The translations under genes were made by a program, and so were the position numbers. A model generated the notes under the pieces. That model was given only the letters and a program-made list of their open reading frames with translations, did no database searches and was not told the origin of the DNA. This document shows, in pieces, positions 11,582-21,697 of a stretch of DNA of 64,000 bases (positions are counted from its first letter, which is position 1; every line of letters starts with the position of its first letter). Source of the DNA: an uncultured cyanobacterium (lineage in GTDB: Bacteria > Cyanobacteriota > Cyanobacteriia > Cyanobacteriales > Nostocaceae); assembly GCA_963740315.1 (NCBI GenBank), contig CAVUDP010000002.1:2848001-2912000 (forward strand). The letters are read 5' to 3'.

Positions 11582-11722
11582 AATAAATTTAGGCACCAAT
11601 TCAGCCTAAACGAGGCGTAAACTTGTATCCTCAATTATGAGAAAATGTTGCAAGTTGTAACTCTTCCTTAACTTTGTAGGATAATAAACACATTAGTCAA
11701 GATTTGATAGGTACTTAGTCAA

Positions 11723-11971
11723 ATGAGTGGAACTACCGGAGAACGTCCGTTTTCAGACATTATTACTAGCGTTCGCTACTGGGTGATTCACAGTATCACC
11801 ATTCCAGCATTATTTATTGCAGGTTGGTTGTTTGTCAGCACCGGATTAGCATACGATGCATTTGGTACTCCTCGCCCAGATACCTATTACACCCAAGAAA
11901 GGCAGGAAGTGCCACTTGTAAACAATCGTTTTGAAGCAAAAAATCAAGTTGACGAATTTATTGGAAAGTAG
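11723..11971 (+). CDS. psbE: Cytochrome b559 alpha subunit
   Basis: [28 protein letters not shown]. Confidence 0.99.
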   Translation: MSGTTGERPFSDIITSVRYWVIHSITIPALFIAGWLFVSTGLAYDAFGTPRPDTYYTQERQEVPLVNNRFEAKNQVDEFIGK

Positions 11972-11977
11972 TTTTAA

Positions 11978-12118
<141 letters not shown>

Positions 12119-12127
12119 GAGTTTTTG

Positions 12128-12247
12128 ATGGAAAGAAATACTAATAGCAATAATCAGCCGGTAGAGTTAAACAGGACATCCCTTTTTCTAGGACTACTAT
12201 TAGTTTTTGTTCTAGGGATTCTGTTTTCCAGTTACTTCTTTAACTAA
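12128..12247 (+). CDS. psbL: Photosystem II protein L (39 aa)
   Basis: Manual translation: [47 protein letters not shown] upstream. Confidence 0.98.
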   Translation: MERNTNSNNQPVELNRTSLFLGLLLVFVLGILFSSYFFN

Positions 12248-12333
12248 GTTTACCGATCTGAGATTAATTTATTAATTAATCATTTTCAATTGACCGAAAC
12301 CCAATGTTGTGATTATGGAGGCAAGTTAATATC

Positions 12334-12453
12334 ATGTCTGGAGGCGGAAGAATTCCCCTGTGGGTTGTTGCTACAGTCGCAGGATTAGGTGTAATTACTG
12401 TCGTAGGTATTTTCTTTTATGGTGCCTACGCTGGACTAGGTTCTTCGATTTAA
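12334..12453 (+). CDS. psbJ: Photosystem II protein J (39 aa)
   Basis: Manual translation: [39 protein letters not shown]. Confidence 0.98.
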   Translation: MSGGGRIPLWVVATVAGLGVITVVGIFFYGAYAGLGSSI

Positions 12454-12516
12454 GAAAAATTTGAACCTTTTAGATAAAGTCCGATTTTTCTAATATTTGA
12501 TTAGAAATTTGTATTT

Positions 12517-12551
12517 AAAAACCGCCCGTCTTTTGGAGATGGGCGGTTTTT
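12517..12551. terminator. Probable bidirectional intrinsic terminator between psbJ and psaI
   Basis: AAAAACCGCCCGTCT-TTTGG-AGATGGGCGGTTTTT hairpin with A and T tails. Confidence 0.8.
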
Positions 12552-12656
12552 ATAATTAGCGACGCAAATTTGATGAAATAAAAGCGGCAGGATGCCCGTA
12601 CCACGATTTTTGATTCTAATGGGATAGGTTCCTGCCTGCTTATTTACAGCTTGTAT

Positions 12657-12767
12657 TTAACCGATATCATCGCGTTCGATGTACAAAAAGAAAAATGCCA
12701 TTGTTACGGCTGGAAAAATAAGACCAGTCAAAGGCACGAGGACGGATGGCAGAAAAGAAGCAGGCAT
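12657..12767 (-). CDS. psaI: Photosystem I subunit VIII (36 aa)
   Basis: Not in the ORF track. AGGAG RBS followed by [36 protein letters not shown], the PsaI signature. Confidence 0.95.
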   Translation of the reverse strand: MPASFLPSVLVPLTGLIFPAVTMAFFFLYIERDDIG

Positions 12768-12876
12768 AATGAACTCCTATTAAATCGCATTACAATTCAA
12801 AACGAGCTTACTGCAAATTGCACCGTCATAAGCCAAAATTGTACATATTTTTAACACAAATATTTTTGGGAAAGCT

Positions 12877-15696
12877 TCACATCCCTAAAATTGCATCAAA
12901 TTGAATATTGGGTAAATCCGGAGGTATGACAGTACGTTGGATAGTAAATTTATGACTTTCCTGTTGGGTTACTGTATTTATCGCGATCGCTTCCAAGCGA
13001 ATCTCTATGCAGCCGAAAGGAATATTTAGTTTAGTTATGACTTCCAATTCATTATTATTGTTAGGCGTTAAATTAGTTAGTAAGTGGGGACCATCAAGCA
13101 AAATCCTTGTCTGACAATCTTCCAACCATAATTTTATGGCAAGATGAGAATTTCCTTCTGGTAGACGTACTCGGAGGTTAAGAGATTTACCCGCTAGGAG
13201 TTCGCCTCGCGGTATATACAGCACAGGAGTTGGCAACTGTTCTATCTTTTGAGTACTTATAGTAAGCGCCGTACAAGATGAATCTATAGCTTTTTCTATA
13301 GGTTGATTTGATTCGGAATTTTCCGCTGTTAATATATCATCTGTAAAAATATCTGTATCATCTACTACAATTTCCTGAGCTAATTGAGTTGATGGTGTTG
13401 TAATTTGATTGATGTCCCATGCAGAAGAAGTGGAAATAGATAAATAAGGAGATGGTGTTGTTTGTATATTTACTGAGTTCGTAACATTTGTAGATACTTG
13501 CCCTTTCTCTTGATTCAACAATTGCTTATCATCAGTTTCAGCTTTTGTTTTATCAGCTTGTTGAGAAATTTCTTGATGATTCGCCTCAATATCGTAATCT
13601 TCGTACTCTACATCAATAGGTTCGGGTAAAGAATATCCTTGAGAAAGCATCCACTGCCTAATTAAAGGAGATGTATTAGATGTTCCGGGATTTTTCTCTA
13701 CAATAAATTCAGAGCTACGGGGGGTAACTGGTTCTCCAAGCTCTTCATAAGTATCGTTATGATGTTCAACGACTAATTCAGCTTGAGAGGTATTGTCAGC
13801 AGCCGAAGAAGGGTCTAGATTTTGATTATCGGCAACGCTAGTGTATGTTGCCTCAACTTCATAATCGGATTCAGCTTCTATGTCAGAACTTGGTAAAGGT
13901 TTTAACTTTCGTAAGTAGGGAAAACTAGTACCCCCGATCGCACAACCAGAAACTATGTACCCGTTATTAATATATTCATTAATTTTCTCTTGATAACCAG
14001 GTACATTTGGTAATTTAAGCGAATGGCTTGTAACCTTTCTACGAAACTTTCGAGGTTCTATACGCGGTGGTAAAGATTTTTTATTTGATGCTATTCCCGG
14101 TACGGATTTTTCTGGTTTTACAGTTTTTACTAAATTGAAAAGCTCTAAATCTAGAGAGACAGCAGGTTCTATGATTTCGGGCGTATTTTCTAATAATAAT
14201 TCTTTTTCATATTTAGGATTAGCAACGGTAATAGCCACTAATTCTTTAATATCTGCTGTAATTATAAAAGATTGGCTGGCTAATAATTCTACAACACCGT
14301 TACTTGAAAGTGCCCCGTAGAGTTTAACCTCTCCCAGAATTAACTTAGAAGCACACTTTTGGGGAATATCAATTGAAGAGGCGATCGCAAATGGTAGCGA
14401 TTTATTGGGGTTGGGTTGGCAAACTGATTGTAATAACTCAGAATTCTGGGGCGATCGCAATTCTATTCGTACTTCGGCTTGAGAAATTTGTTTAACGTTT
14501 GTTGTTTCTTTAAGTTCAACTAATCCATTAAGAGTGATGCTTTCTCCCCAATTTGCGACATGGTTAACTCGATCTAGAATTAGCTCTAATGGTAGTGGTG
14601 GCGTAGTTGAGGTATCTTCAATCGTTTCATCGGCAAGTAAAAGCTCGCGAGACGGTAAAGCTAACTCTATTAAGTTTTGTAAAATCTGTTCTGCTGTTTC
14701 TCCTTTAACTCTTACCGGGCTAGCAGTTTGCTCGATTATTGCTAAATTTTCGTTTTTCGTTAGTTTTTCGCTAACGGTTAGATTGCTTGTATCTAATGAT
14801 TTTTCTTGGGGTTTTGGGGTATCTTGACTAACGTTTTGGTTTTGCTTAGTTGATGATTTTTGTGGTGTTTTTGGAACGGATGAAGCACTAACAGCCTGAT
14901 GTTGAGACGATTTAGGCTTTTGTGCTGGTTTTACAACCGATGCTGTTTTAGCTGAATTTTGTCGTTTTTCACTTGTATCGTTAACAATTTTATTCTGAGT
15001 AGATTGAGGAGCAGTCTTCGTAACAGCTTTTTGCTTATCCGAAGCAGCTTTAAGCGACTCTCGTAGTTTTTGAGCGGGTTTTTCGCTAACAACTTTATCA
15101 AAATAAGCTTTGGGGGCAGAACTGGAAGCAGTTGAAATCGGTTTACTACTATTAGTGCTGCGACTTTTGCTCGAAATAGGTTCTACAGAAATTGAAGATA
15201 TTAATCCAGCATCATTTGTTGTCAATTCCTGAAGGGGCGAAGGCGAATAACGGCTAGATTGAATTTTAATTTTTGACTTAGTTTGCTTGAGTTGTATCCC
15301 CTCGCCATTTTTATGCTGCTTATCTAAATTCCGAGCAGAATTTACACCAGAGGGTATAACCTGCAAATTAACAGTATATTGCCAAGATGCACCAAGAAGG
15401 TCTGACATCAAATCGCCAGAACATTGTAATTCCCAAATTCCCGACTTGAGATAGGTAAAGGGAATTATAGCCGTTAAGCCTTCTGAATTTGTGCGCCGTC
15501 TTCGTTTTTGAATCCTTTTCGTAGGTGGAACCTCATTCGTAGAAGAGTGAGTTACCCGTACCTCCACATCAGTATTAGTACGCTTACAACGAGCAACTAC
15601 TCGATACCGACCTTCTATAATTTCTATTCCTGGCTTGGACAAAGGATGCCAAGTACGTTCGCCTTCTTTCTGTATCAGAAATTGCCACTGTTCCAT
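12877..15696 (-). CDS. Large hypothetical protein with several beta-rich segments joined by disordered linkers
   Basis: 939-aa ORF. N-terminal WQFLIQKEG...GRYRVVAR segment, a central and a C-terminal beta-strand-rich block, and S/T/K/Q-rich linkers. Confidence 0.75.
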   Translation of the reverse strand: MEQWQFLIQKEGERTWHPLSKPGIEIIEGRYRVVARCKRTNTDVEVRVTHSSTNEVPPTKRIQKRRRRTNSEGLTAIIPFTYLKSGIWELQCSGDLMSDLLGASWQYTVNLQVIPSGVNSARNLDKQHKNGEGIQLKQTKSKIKIQSSRYSPSPLQELTTNDAGLISSISVEPISSKSRSTNSSKPISTASSSAPKAYFDKVVSEKPAQKLRESLKAASDKQKAVTKTAPQSTQNKIVNDTSEKRQNSAKTASVVKPAQKPKSSQHQAVSASSVPKTPQKSSTKQNQNVSQDTPKPQEKSLDTSNLTVSEKLTKNENLAIIEQTASPVRVKGETAEQILQNLIELALPSRELLLADETIEDTSTTPPLPLELILDRVNHVANWGESITLNGLVELKETTNVKQISQAEVRIELRSPQNSELLQSVCQPNPNKSLPFAIASSIDIPQKCASKLILGEVKLYGALSSNGVVELLASQSFIITADIKELVAITVANPKYEKELLLENTPEIIEPAVSLDLELFNLVKTVKPEKSVPGIASNKKSLPPRIEPRKFRRKVTSHSLKLPNVPGYQEKINEYINNGYIVSGCAIGGTSFPYLRKLKPLPSSDIEAESDYEVEATYTSVADNQNLDPSSAADNTSQAELVVEHHNDTYEELGEPVTPRSSEFIVEKNPGTSNTSPLIRQWMLSQGYSLPEPIDVEYEDYDIEANHQEISQQADKTKAETDDKQLLNQEKGQVSTNVTNSVNIQTTPSPYLSISTSSAWDINQITTPSTQLAQEIVVDDTDIFTDDILTAENSESNQPIEKAIDSSCTALTISTQKIEQLPTPVLYIPRGELLAGKSLNLRVRLPEGNSHLAIKLWLEDCQTRILLDGPHLLTNLTPNNNNELEVITKLNIPFGCIEIRLEAIAINTVTQQESHKFTIQRTVIPPDLPNIQFDAILGM

Positions 15697-16211
15697 TGTG
15701 AGTGATGCCTAAGACCGATCGCAGCCGTAGTATTATTTGCATTACCTTGCTTGCAAGTTTACCGTACTAAACCTGTAGTCGATCGCATAATTAATTGTTT
15801 TAATTAAAACACAATATTATGCTAGCTCTAAGTGTAATTTGATTAACATTATAATTACCGTTCACCGCAAGCAGTGCGGTTCGGGTACGGTAGAAAGTAT
15901 TTTTTCATTCAAATTTCTACTAGGAAGCTTTTTAGCAGTTTACTACAACAACCTATAAACTGGTTTGTTGCGATCGGGCTGCCATGTGATCTTTCGTGAG
16001 ATGCTGTGAATACGGTTAAATTCAACTTGAAGATGCGTGTTTCGTTGTCAAGACCAAGATTTTATTTTTAATCGCCATCAGTGCTGATTTTTTGAAACAA
16101 GCTTAAAAAAGCAATAATTTCTAAATCAATTAAACCCCTCTTCTAAAAAAGAAGAGAGGTTAAAAAGAGGTTAAAAATTTGATATTGCTAATCGGGAAAA
16201 GCTATATATTA

Positions 16212-16457
16212 TCAAACCCCATAGCGATGTTGATAATAACCCAGAATTTGTCTTACCCATTGTCTGGTTTGCGAATTAGAGTTTGGCGCATAATCAATCC
16301 ATAAACCACCGACTTGGCTTAAATTGTAATCAAACTCTTGAGAATTTTGGGGAATCAATCCCACTTCTATTCCTTCCACACAACGTAAATGAGCGGCAAT
16401 CTCGCCGTAGACTGCCAGAGGTAAACCGGCGAATACAATCTTTTCCCTTGTCTTCAT
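16212..16457 (-). CDS. Small conserved hypothetical protein (81 aa)
   Basis: LPLAVYGEIAAHLRCVEGI...FDYNLSQVGGLW; starts 3 bp after the stop of the upstream gene, suggesting an operon. Confidence 0.75.
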   Translation of the reverse strand: MKTREKIVFAGLPLAVYGEIAAHLRCVEGIEVGLIPQNSQEFDYNLSQVGGLWIDYAPNSNSQTRQWVRQILGYYQHRYGV

Positions 16458-16460
16458 ATT

Positions 16461-17507
16461 TTAAGAAGCCCCGAATGCAGATTTTGGTAAAGATGGTAAT
16501 GTCGAAACGGGATTGTCCGTAGAAGCCGTAGCTGGTTGAGTTGCTCCCATAGAAGATTCTCCTACCATTCTGGCTACTTCAATACCATATTGTTCCAGAA
16601 TAACAATTGGTTCGGAACCTTCATTCATTTCAATTCTTTTAACGAGCAGTCCGCTTGCTAATCTTTGTCCCGCTTGAACATACCTACTAGTAGGCTCGGT
16701 AGGCACTTTGATGATAGCTTGGGGTTTATTTCCAACTTGAACTACTCCCGAAACTAAAACAGCTTGAGCTAACTTGGGTTCCGGTGGTGGTGGCAATACA
16801 GATGCGAGGTCTGGTTGCGGTATTACCCCTGGCATTATTTTAGGCACAACTGGCACAACTGGCGCAACTGGGGTCGTCGCGGTACTACCACCGTTAGAAC
16901 TAGCTTTGTTCGGCGTTTTCGATGTTGCTCTTGTAGAAGTAGAAGTAGAACCAGACCTAGAACCAGATCTACTCGAACTAGAATTTCTACTTGCAGTAAT
17001 ATTTCTTCGCCGGTTTCCTCCAGTAGTCGCCGAAATAACAGCACTTCGTCTAGGTCGTTGTCTTGATGCAGTTGTTCTGTTAGATGTCGGTAAAGGAGGC
17101 AACCTGGGAACGGCTCTTCGGCTATTACCGACGCTATTACCGACGCTATTACCGACGCTATTAGTACCGTTATTACTTGCAGAATTTTCTGCTTTTCTAG
17201 TACTGAATTTTACAGGAGGGATAATGCCCTCAAACGGATCGGCACGTCCTTTCGAGACTATTCCTACTCGTTCTGTGGGATTTGTTGGTTGAATTAAAGT
17301 CGAAGGTGCTTGAGCAATAGTAGGACTTTGCTTAGCTGGCACCACCGGGTCTTTAAAGGGTTCGGTCGTCTTGCCTTGGTTATTTTTTGCCGTTTCGGTA
17401 GGGATTGGAGCCACAGTAGTTGGTTCCTCTTCACCAGAACATCCGGCGATCGCCAAAGCTAAAACAGATGCAATAGATGCAATTGTGATTTTTAAATGTC
17501 TACCCAT
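16461..17507 (-). CDS. Lipoprotein with PilP/GspC-like organisation
   Basis: Lipobox LAIAGC, GRADPF motif, long S/T/R/P-rich linker and a C-terminal beta domain (VSGVVQVG...AIIK...YVQAGQRL..GLLVKRIE). Confidence 0.6.
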   Translation of the reverse strand: MGRHLKITIASIASVLALAIAGCSGEEEPTTVAPIPTETAKNNQGKTTEPFKDPVVPAKQSPTIAQAPSTLIQPTNPTERVGIVSKGRADPFEGIIPPVKFSTRKAENSASNNGTNSVGNSVGNSVGNSRRAVPRLPPLPTSNRTTASRQRPRRSAVISATTGGNRRRNITASRNSSSSRSGSRSGSTSTSTRATSKTPNKASSNGGSTATTPVAPVVPVVPKIMPGVIPQPDLASVLPPPPEPKLAQAVLVSGVVQVGNKPQAIIKVPTEPTSRYVQAGQRLASGLLVKRIEMNEGSEPIVILEQYGIEVARMVGESSMGATQPATASTDNPVSTLPSLPKSAFGAS

Positions 17508-17679
17508 TAGCCATTCTCAAGAGAAGACAGGAAAAGTTCTCGTTCGGTGAAATCAATTTGACTAAAAGTTGTATCAAAAGTGAAATCTCATACAGTTATA
17601 ACCTAATTTTTTTTTAGTCAAGGGTTGTTTGATACGATACTCATATTTTTTATAGAAAAATTTTAAACGGTATGGGTTT

Positions 17680-18459
17680 TTAGTCCTCTGCTGCAACCAT
17701 CAGGTGCTTGAGGGAATTAAGCCCTTTTTTGACTCTACGAGAAACTGTTACTACGCTAATACCAAGCCGTTGAGCTACTTGTTTTTGCGTTAGATCGTGC
17801 AAAAACACAAATTCCAAGACTTCACGGGTACGATTTTCTAACTGAAGTAATGCTTGTTGTAACCGTAATTGGTCTTCTTGTGCTAGTTGAAAGCTACGGT
17901 AATTATGGTCGGGAACCAGTTCTGCTAAACTAGCCGAACCTTCGTCTCCGTCGTATACAGGCACGTCTAAGCTTAAAGGAGCGCGGTTTACCCAAGCTAG
18001 TTTAATTTCTTGCCATTCTTCAAGAGAAATAGATAATGCTGCGGCTACTTCAGAATCGGTAGGTTGACGATTATATTTTTCCCGTAATGACCGAGAAACT
18101 CCGATGCTGTGCTGTTGTAGCGCCAACCAACGCCTGGGAATTCTCACAGTCACACCTTTATCTCGCAGGTAATGCTGAATTTCACCGCGAATATAAGGAA
18201 TCGCAAAAGTACTAAAGGCATGACCTTTGGAAATATCAAATCTTTCGATAGCCCGAATTAGCCCCAAACAGCCTACTTGAAGTAAGTCATCGTAACTTTC
18301 GTGGCATTGATTTATCCAGTAGTAAGCCTCTTTTCTCACAAGTCCAAAATTAAGTTTTACCAGTTGATTGCGAACCGAAGCTGACTGAGATTGCTGATAT
18401 TCTCGCAATAACTGCCAAATTTCGTGCTTCAATTCTTTCGTAAGTAAGGTAGTAGGCAT
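17680..18459 (-). CDS. sigF: Group 3 RNA polymerase sigma factor, SigF type
   Basis: Region 2 DDLLQVGCLGLIRAIERFD...FSTFAIPYIRGEIQHYLRD and a region 4 HTH. It lies downstream of psbO, as I recall for Nostocales sigF. Start at MPTT (18459). Confidence 0.85.
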   Translation of the reverse strand: MPTTLLTKELKHEIWQLLREYQQSQSASVRNQLVKLNFGLVRKEAYYWINQCHESYDDLLQVGCLGLIRAIERFDISKGHAFSTFAIPYIRGEIQHYLRDKGVTVRIPRRWLALQQHSIGVSRSLREKYNRQPTDSEVAAALSISLEEWQEIKLAWVNRAPLSLDVPVYDGDEGSASLAELVPDHNYRSFQLAQEDQLRLQQALLQLENRTREVLEFVFLHDLTQKQVAQRLGISVVTVSRRVKKGLNSLKHLMVAAED

Positions 18460-19149
18460 AGCACCTTGATGATTGATAAAACAACTAGTTAATCCAGAAC
18501 GTCTATTTCTGGTAATGCACTTATCCAAGTATTTATACGTAAAATGCAGACAATATATTCCTCCGTTATCAAGTATCAATAACGGACGATTATCAGATTA
18601 CGATTGGGACGGCTGATTGGTGGACGCGGCAATTAGGGCGGCATATCTATGAATTAGTGCAACCTGACACGATAGCCAATTCATGAAGGCATATCAGAGA
18701 AGGTTTAACTCTGAATAACCGAAAAGCTCTCATGATGCAAACAGTGCATTTTGGTGCAAAAAATTCAATCTGCGGGGCGTGAGTATTAAGGTATGAGAAA
18801 AGCGGTTTTTTTAGCTTTGTTTATGTTGTAGCTAAAAGTGCTACTTATAAAAAAATATACAAAATAACATCAAAATGGAACCGAATTATTACGTAATTTA
18901 GTTTCTCGAACTAAAAGTTCAATTGTCGGTAAATGGCTATTCTATCAAGTAGTTTAGTAAATATACTTTTTCAGAGAAAATACTTACTATAAAAAGTTTT
19001 CTTAAATTAAAAAATAATATAGATATAAAATTTATAAAAAACTCTGGCAGAAGAATAAAATTAAAAATAATATTAAAATAATAACATTTCGTCGAGGGAA
19101 TCGGGAATAGAGAAGGCTTATAAGTACTTAGGCAAAATTAATTGTGCAT

Positions 19150-19294
19150 TTGTCCGAAGCGAGTGGAACGTTCACGCGGAGCGTGCGGCGAGGGCGAAAC
19201 GAAGCATTCACCCGTAGGGTGCGGTTCATCGCAAGACCTTGAGAAAGATCCGCTGTCGCATGTCCTATTGGACACGCTGCGCTAACGCAATGAC
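19150..19294. repeat. Cluster of short GC-rich palindromic dispersed repeats
   Basis: Small hairpins (CACGCGGAGCGTG, CACCCGTAGGGTG, TGTCCTATTGGACA) and a GCAATGAC end, set in AT-rich intergenic DNA. Confidence 0.5.
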
Positions 19295-19507
19295 ACAAAT
19301 AATGAAGGCACACCCACTTATAATCGAGTGGTAATTAGATAAATAATGCGGGCTTGACTACTTATTCAATTTTTTTTAAGAAAATTTTCTTTATCAATCT
19401 ATAAAAAAAAGGGCTTTTAGCCCTTTAAATTAATTAAATCAATTAGTATTCACCGTTAGCCGTTCGCATCAAGTGAGTTTAACTGATACAGCAGATGTTG
19501 CAAAAAA

Positions 19508-20347
19508 CTATGATACTGGTTCAACACGAGCATAAAATAAGCCGCGAACTTTCACTTCCAAAGGTTCGCCAGCACCTAAGTCAGTATCTGAAGGCTGATC
19601 GCTAATAAAAGTACCAGCAATTTCACCACTTTCGCTATCAACTTTGGCAACATTCAAAGAAATATGACCCGATAGAGTTTCAACACTCTTAACATTGGCA
19701 CGTCTTAGTTCTTCACTATCTGCTTGGGAAGGTAGCGCAATTGCATTATCATAACCACTGGCAACACCACGACCTTTAGGATCTAAGAAAGTTGCACCAC
19801 GATAAGAAGGAACTTTAAAATCTCCTTCAAAATCGGTTGAGGTATTAATGCTGGTTAAATTGGGTTGTGTTTGAGCCAGCAAATTTTTCACGGTAAATAA
19901 GAAAGGAACCTGCTCGCCACCAGGAAGCTGTACGGTGATGGCTTGGAAATCCAAACCGTCTTTTTCCTTGAAAGTCAGGCTACCATCTTCGTTAACTACC
20001 AAATCACCTTGAATTTGGTCGAGCGATGAAGTTTTACGAGTCAACATTTTCGCACCAACAAATTCAGGTTCTTGTCTCTTGTTAAGGGGTTCTTCTTTAA
20101 CAAAGAAACTCGTTGGCTCCATGCAAAGGTCTTTGATTGTATAAGATCCGTTTGCATCAACGGTGATAGAACCACGGCTTGTCTCTGAGAGTAAAGGACA
20201 TTTATTCGCTAAGCCAGTACCTACAATCTGTTCGTAGGTAAGTAAATCTCTACTATTACCACTAGCCATATCTGAACCTTGGCTACAAGCTGTTAATAAG
20301 CCCAACATTACAGCCATTAATCCAGCTATTAAAGCGCGATACCTCAT
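19508..20347 (-). CDS. psbO: Photosystem II manganese-stabilising protein
   Basis: GTGLANKCP, DGLDFQAITVQLPGGE, PSYRGATFLDPKGRG and QPSDTDLG motifs. Start at MRYRALI (20347). Confidence 0.98.
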   Translation of the reverse strand: MRYRALIAGLMAVMLGLLTACSQGSDMASGNSRDLLTYEQIVGTGLANKCPLLSETSRGSITVDANGSYTIKDLCMEPTSFFVKEEPLNKRQEPEFVGAKMLTRKTSSLDQIQGDLVVNEDGSLTFKEKDGLDFQAITVQLPGGEQVPFLFTVKNLLAQTQPNLTSINTSTDFEGDFKVPSYRGATFLDPKGRGVASGYDNAIALPSQADSEELRRANVKSVETLSGHISLNVAKVDSESGEIAGTFISDQPSDTDLGAGEPLEVKVRGLFYARVEPVS

Positions 20348-21343
20348 GATTAACCTCAATGTCAAAAATTAATATTTTCAGTTGTTAAACGAAAAAAAGA
20401 TCGCGTAATTAAACGTTCTCAATTTTCAAGCTCTTAGTTTTGACTCTAACTTATATGCATTGCCATTTAATAGTTTCTCCTTCATATTGGCTCACAATAT
20501 CCACTATATTTCAAGATAAGCAAGCGTTAAAAGCTTAAATGAAAAAATTCTTTTTGACGCTTACTTTTATTAGCGAACATTTTCATGAAAAACTATTAGC
20601 GATCGCCATGCAGCGATTACTTTTAAGACAATACAAAATTCACTAACTTTTATATAGCATCCCGACCACCATCTTGTCTTTGTTGCTTTAATCCATGCAC
20701 CAGGAAATATATCGGGCGGTTTACGATCTGGCGCGTTAGCTAGTACAGACGACCAGCCAACCCAAACTAGATTTTATAGTTATGTATTACAGTTCATTTT
20801 TTATAGTTCTCCCTTAAAAGCGATCGGCATGAAATTTTGTATTGAGTTAAGTCACATACAAGATTATATCCTTATATATGCTTATTAAAGTTTTATATTA
20901 CCTTAGTTTTCAACTTGAAAATAAATAGCTTTTAAATATAGGGGTAAAATAAGAGAATAGCACGATCCCGCCTCAATTCTTCATCTGTATGTAACTGTCG
21001 TTTATATTTTCTTAACATTCCCAAAAGCTCGGTAAGCAGGGAACTGTATTGATTAAGTTTTCAGATAGTACTTGACAAAAGAACAGTTATACAATCAAAT
21101 ATATTTGAATTTTTACTAAATGATACGAACAAAATGTTTCAAAATATTAAGAGAATTGCAAGTAGAATGTAACTTTACTTTAAATAACAGCTTTGCTGTA
21201 GAACTTCTCTTATCATAAGCAAGCACTGCGAGCTAGGTATTTTTAAGATACCGATTTTTTCACGATTTAACGCTCCCATTGCTATAGTTATGCAAAGTTA
21301 TGCTTTGTCTTCGGTCAATATAATTAAACGAATAATACTATTT

Positions 21344-21643
21344 ATGAGCAACGGTAAAAGTCTTGATTCGGATAAGTTATCTTACAAATTGCAAGAAATT
21401 GCAGATTCAACACATGAATATTCTGCCCTTTGTCAAGGAGATACTGTCGCGGTTTTAGCATTGCTTAGGCAGTTAGAAAAATTGCACCGAGAAATCCGAG
21501 ACGGTATATTTCAAAAAACTTTACCTGATAATCGTCAAGCACTATATTCGCTATTAAAAGATATAGAAGCGGAAGGAGGATGGCCATATATCCAACGTAT
21601 GAAGCTTCTAGATTTGATGGTGAATTTGGAACCCTCGGAGTAA
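21344..21643 (+). CDS. Conserved cyanobacterial hypothetical protein
   Basis: LALLRQLEKLHREIRDG...LPDNRQALYSLLKDIEAEGGWPYI helical pattern. ATG at 21344 is preferred. Confidence 0.75.
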   Translation: MSNGKSLDSDKLSYKLQEIADSTHEYSALCQGDTVAVLALLRQLEKLHREIRDGIFQKTLPDNRQALYSLLKDIEAEGGWPYIQRMKLLDLMVNLEPSE

Positions 21644-21697
21644 AGAAGATGCCGCTCTCGAATTGAATTCAAACTTGATTTAACTTGATGACTGCTG

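Noticed and set aside
12651..12854. 67-aa plus-strand ORF in the track
   Set aside because: It is an antisense shadow of psaI.
19128..19313. 61-aa ORF (similarly 48960-49151)
   Set aside because: It is a translation of palindromic repeat DNA.
20655..20770. GC-richer patch upstream of psbO as a possible ncRNA or riboswitch
   Set aside because: Only weak pairing and no recognisable motif; it may just be part of a long 5' leader.
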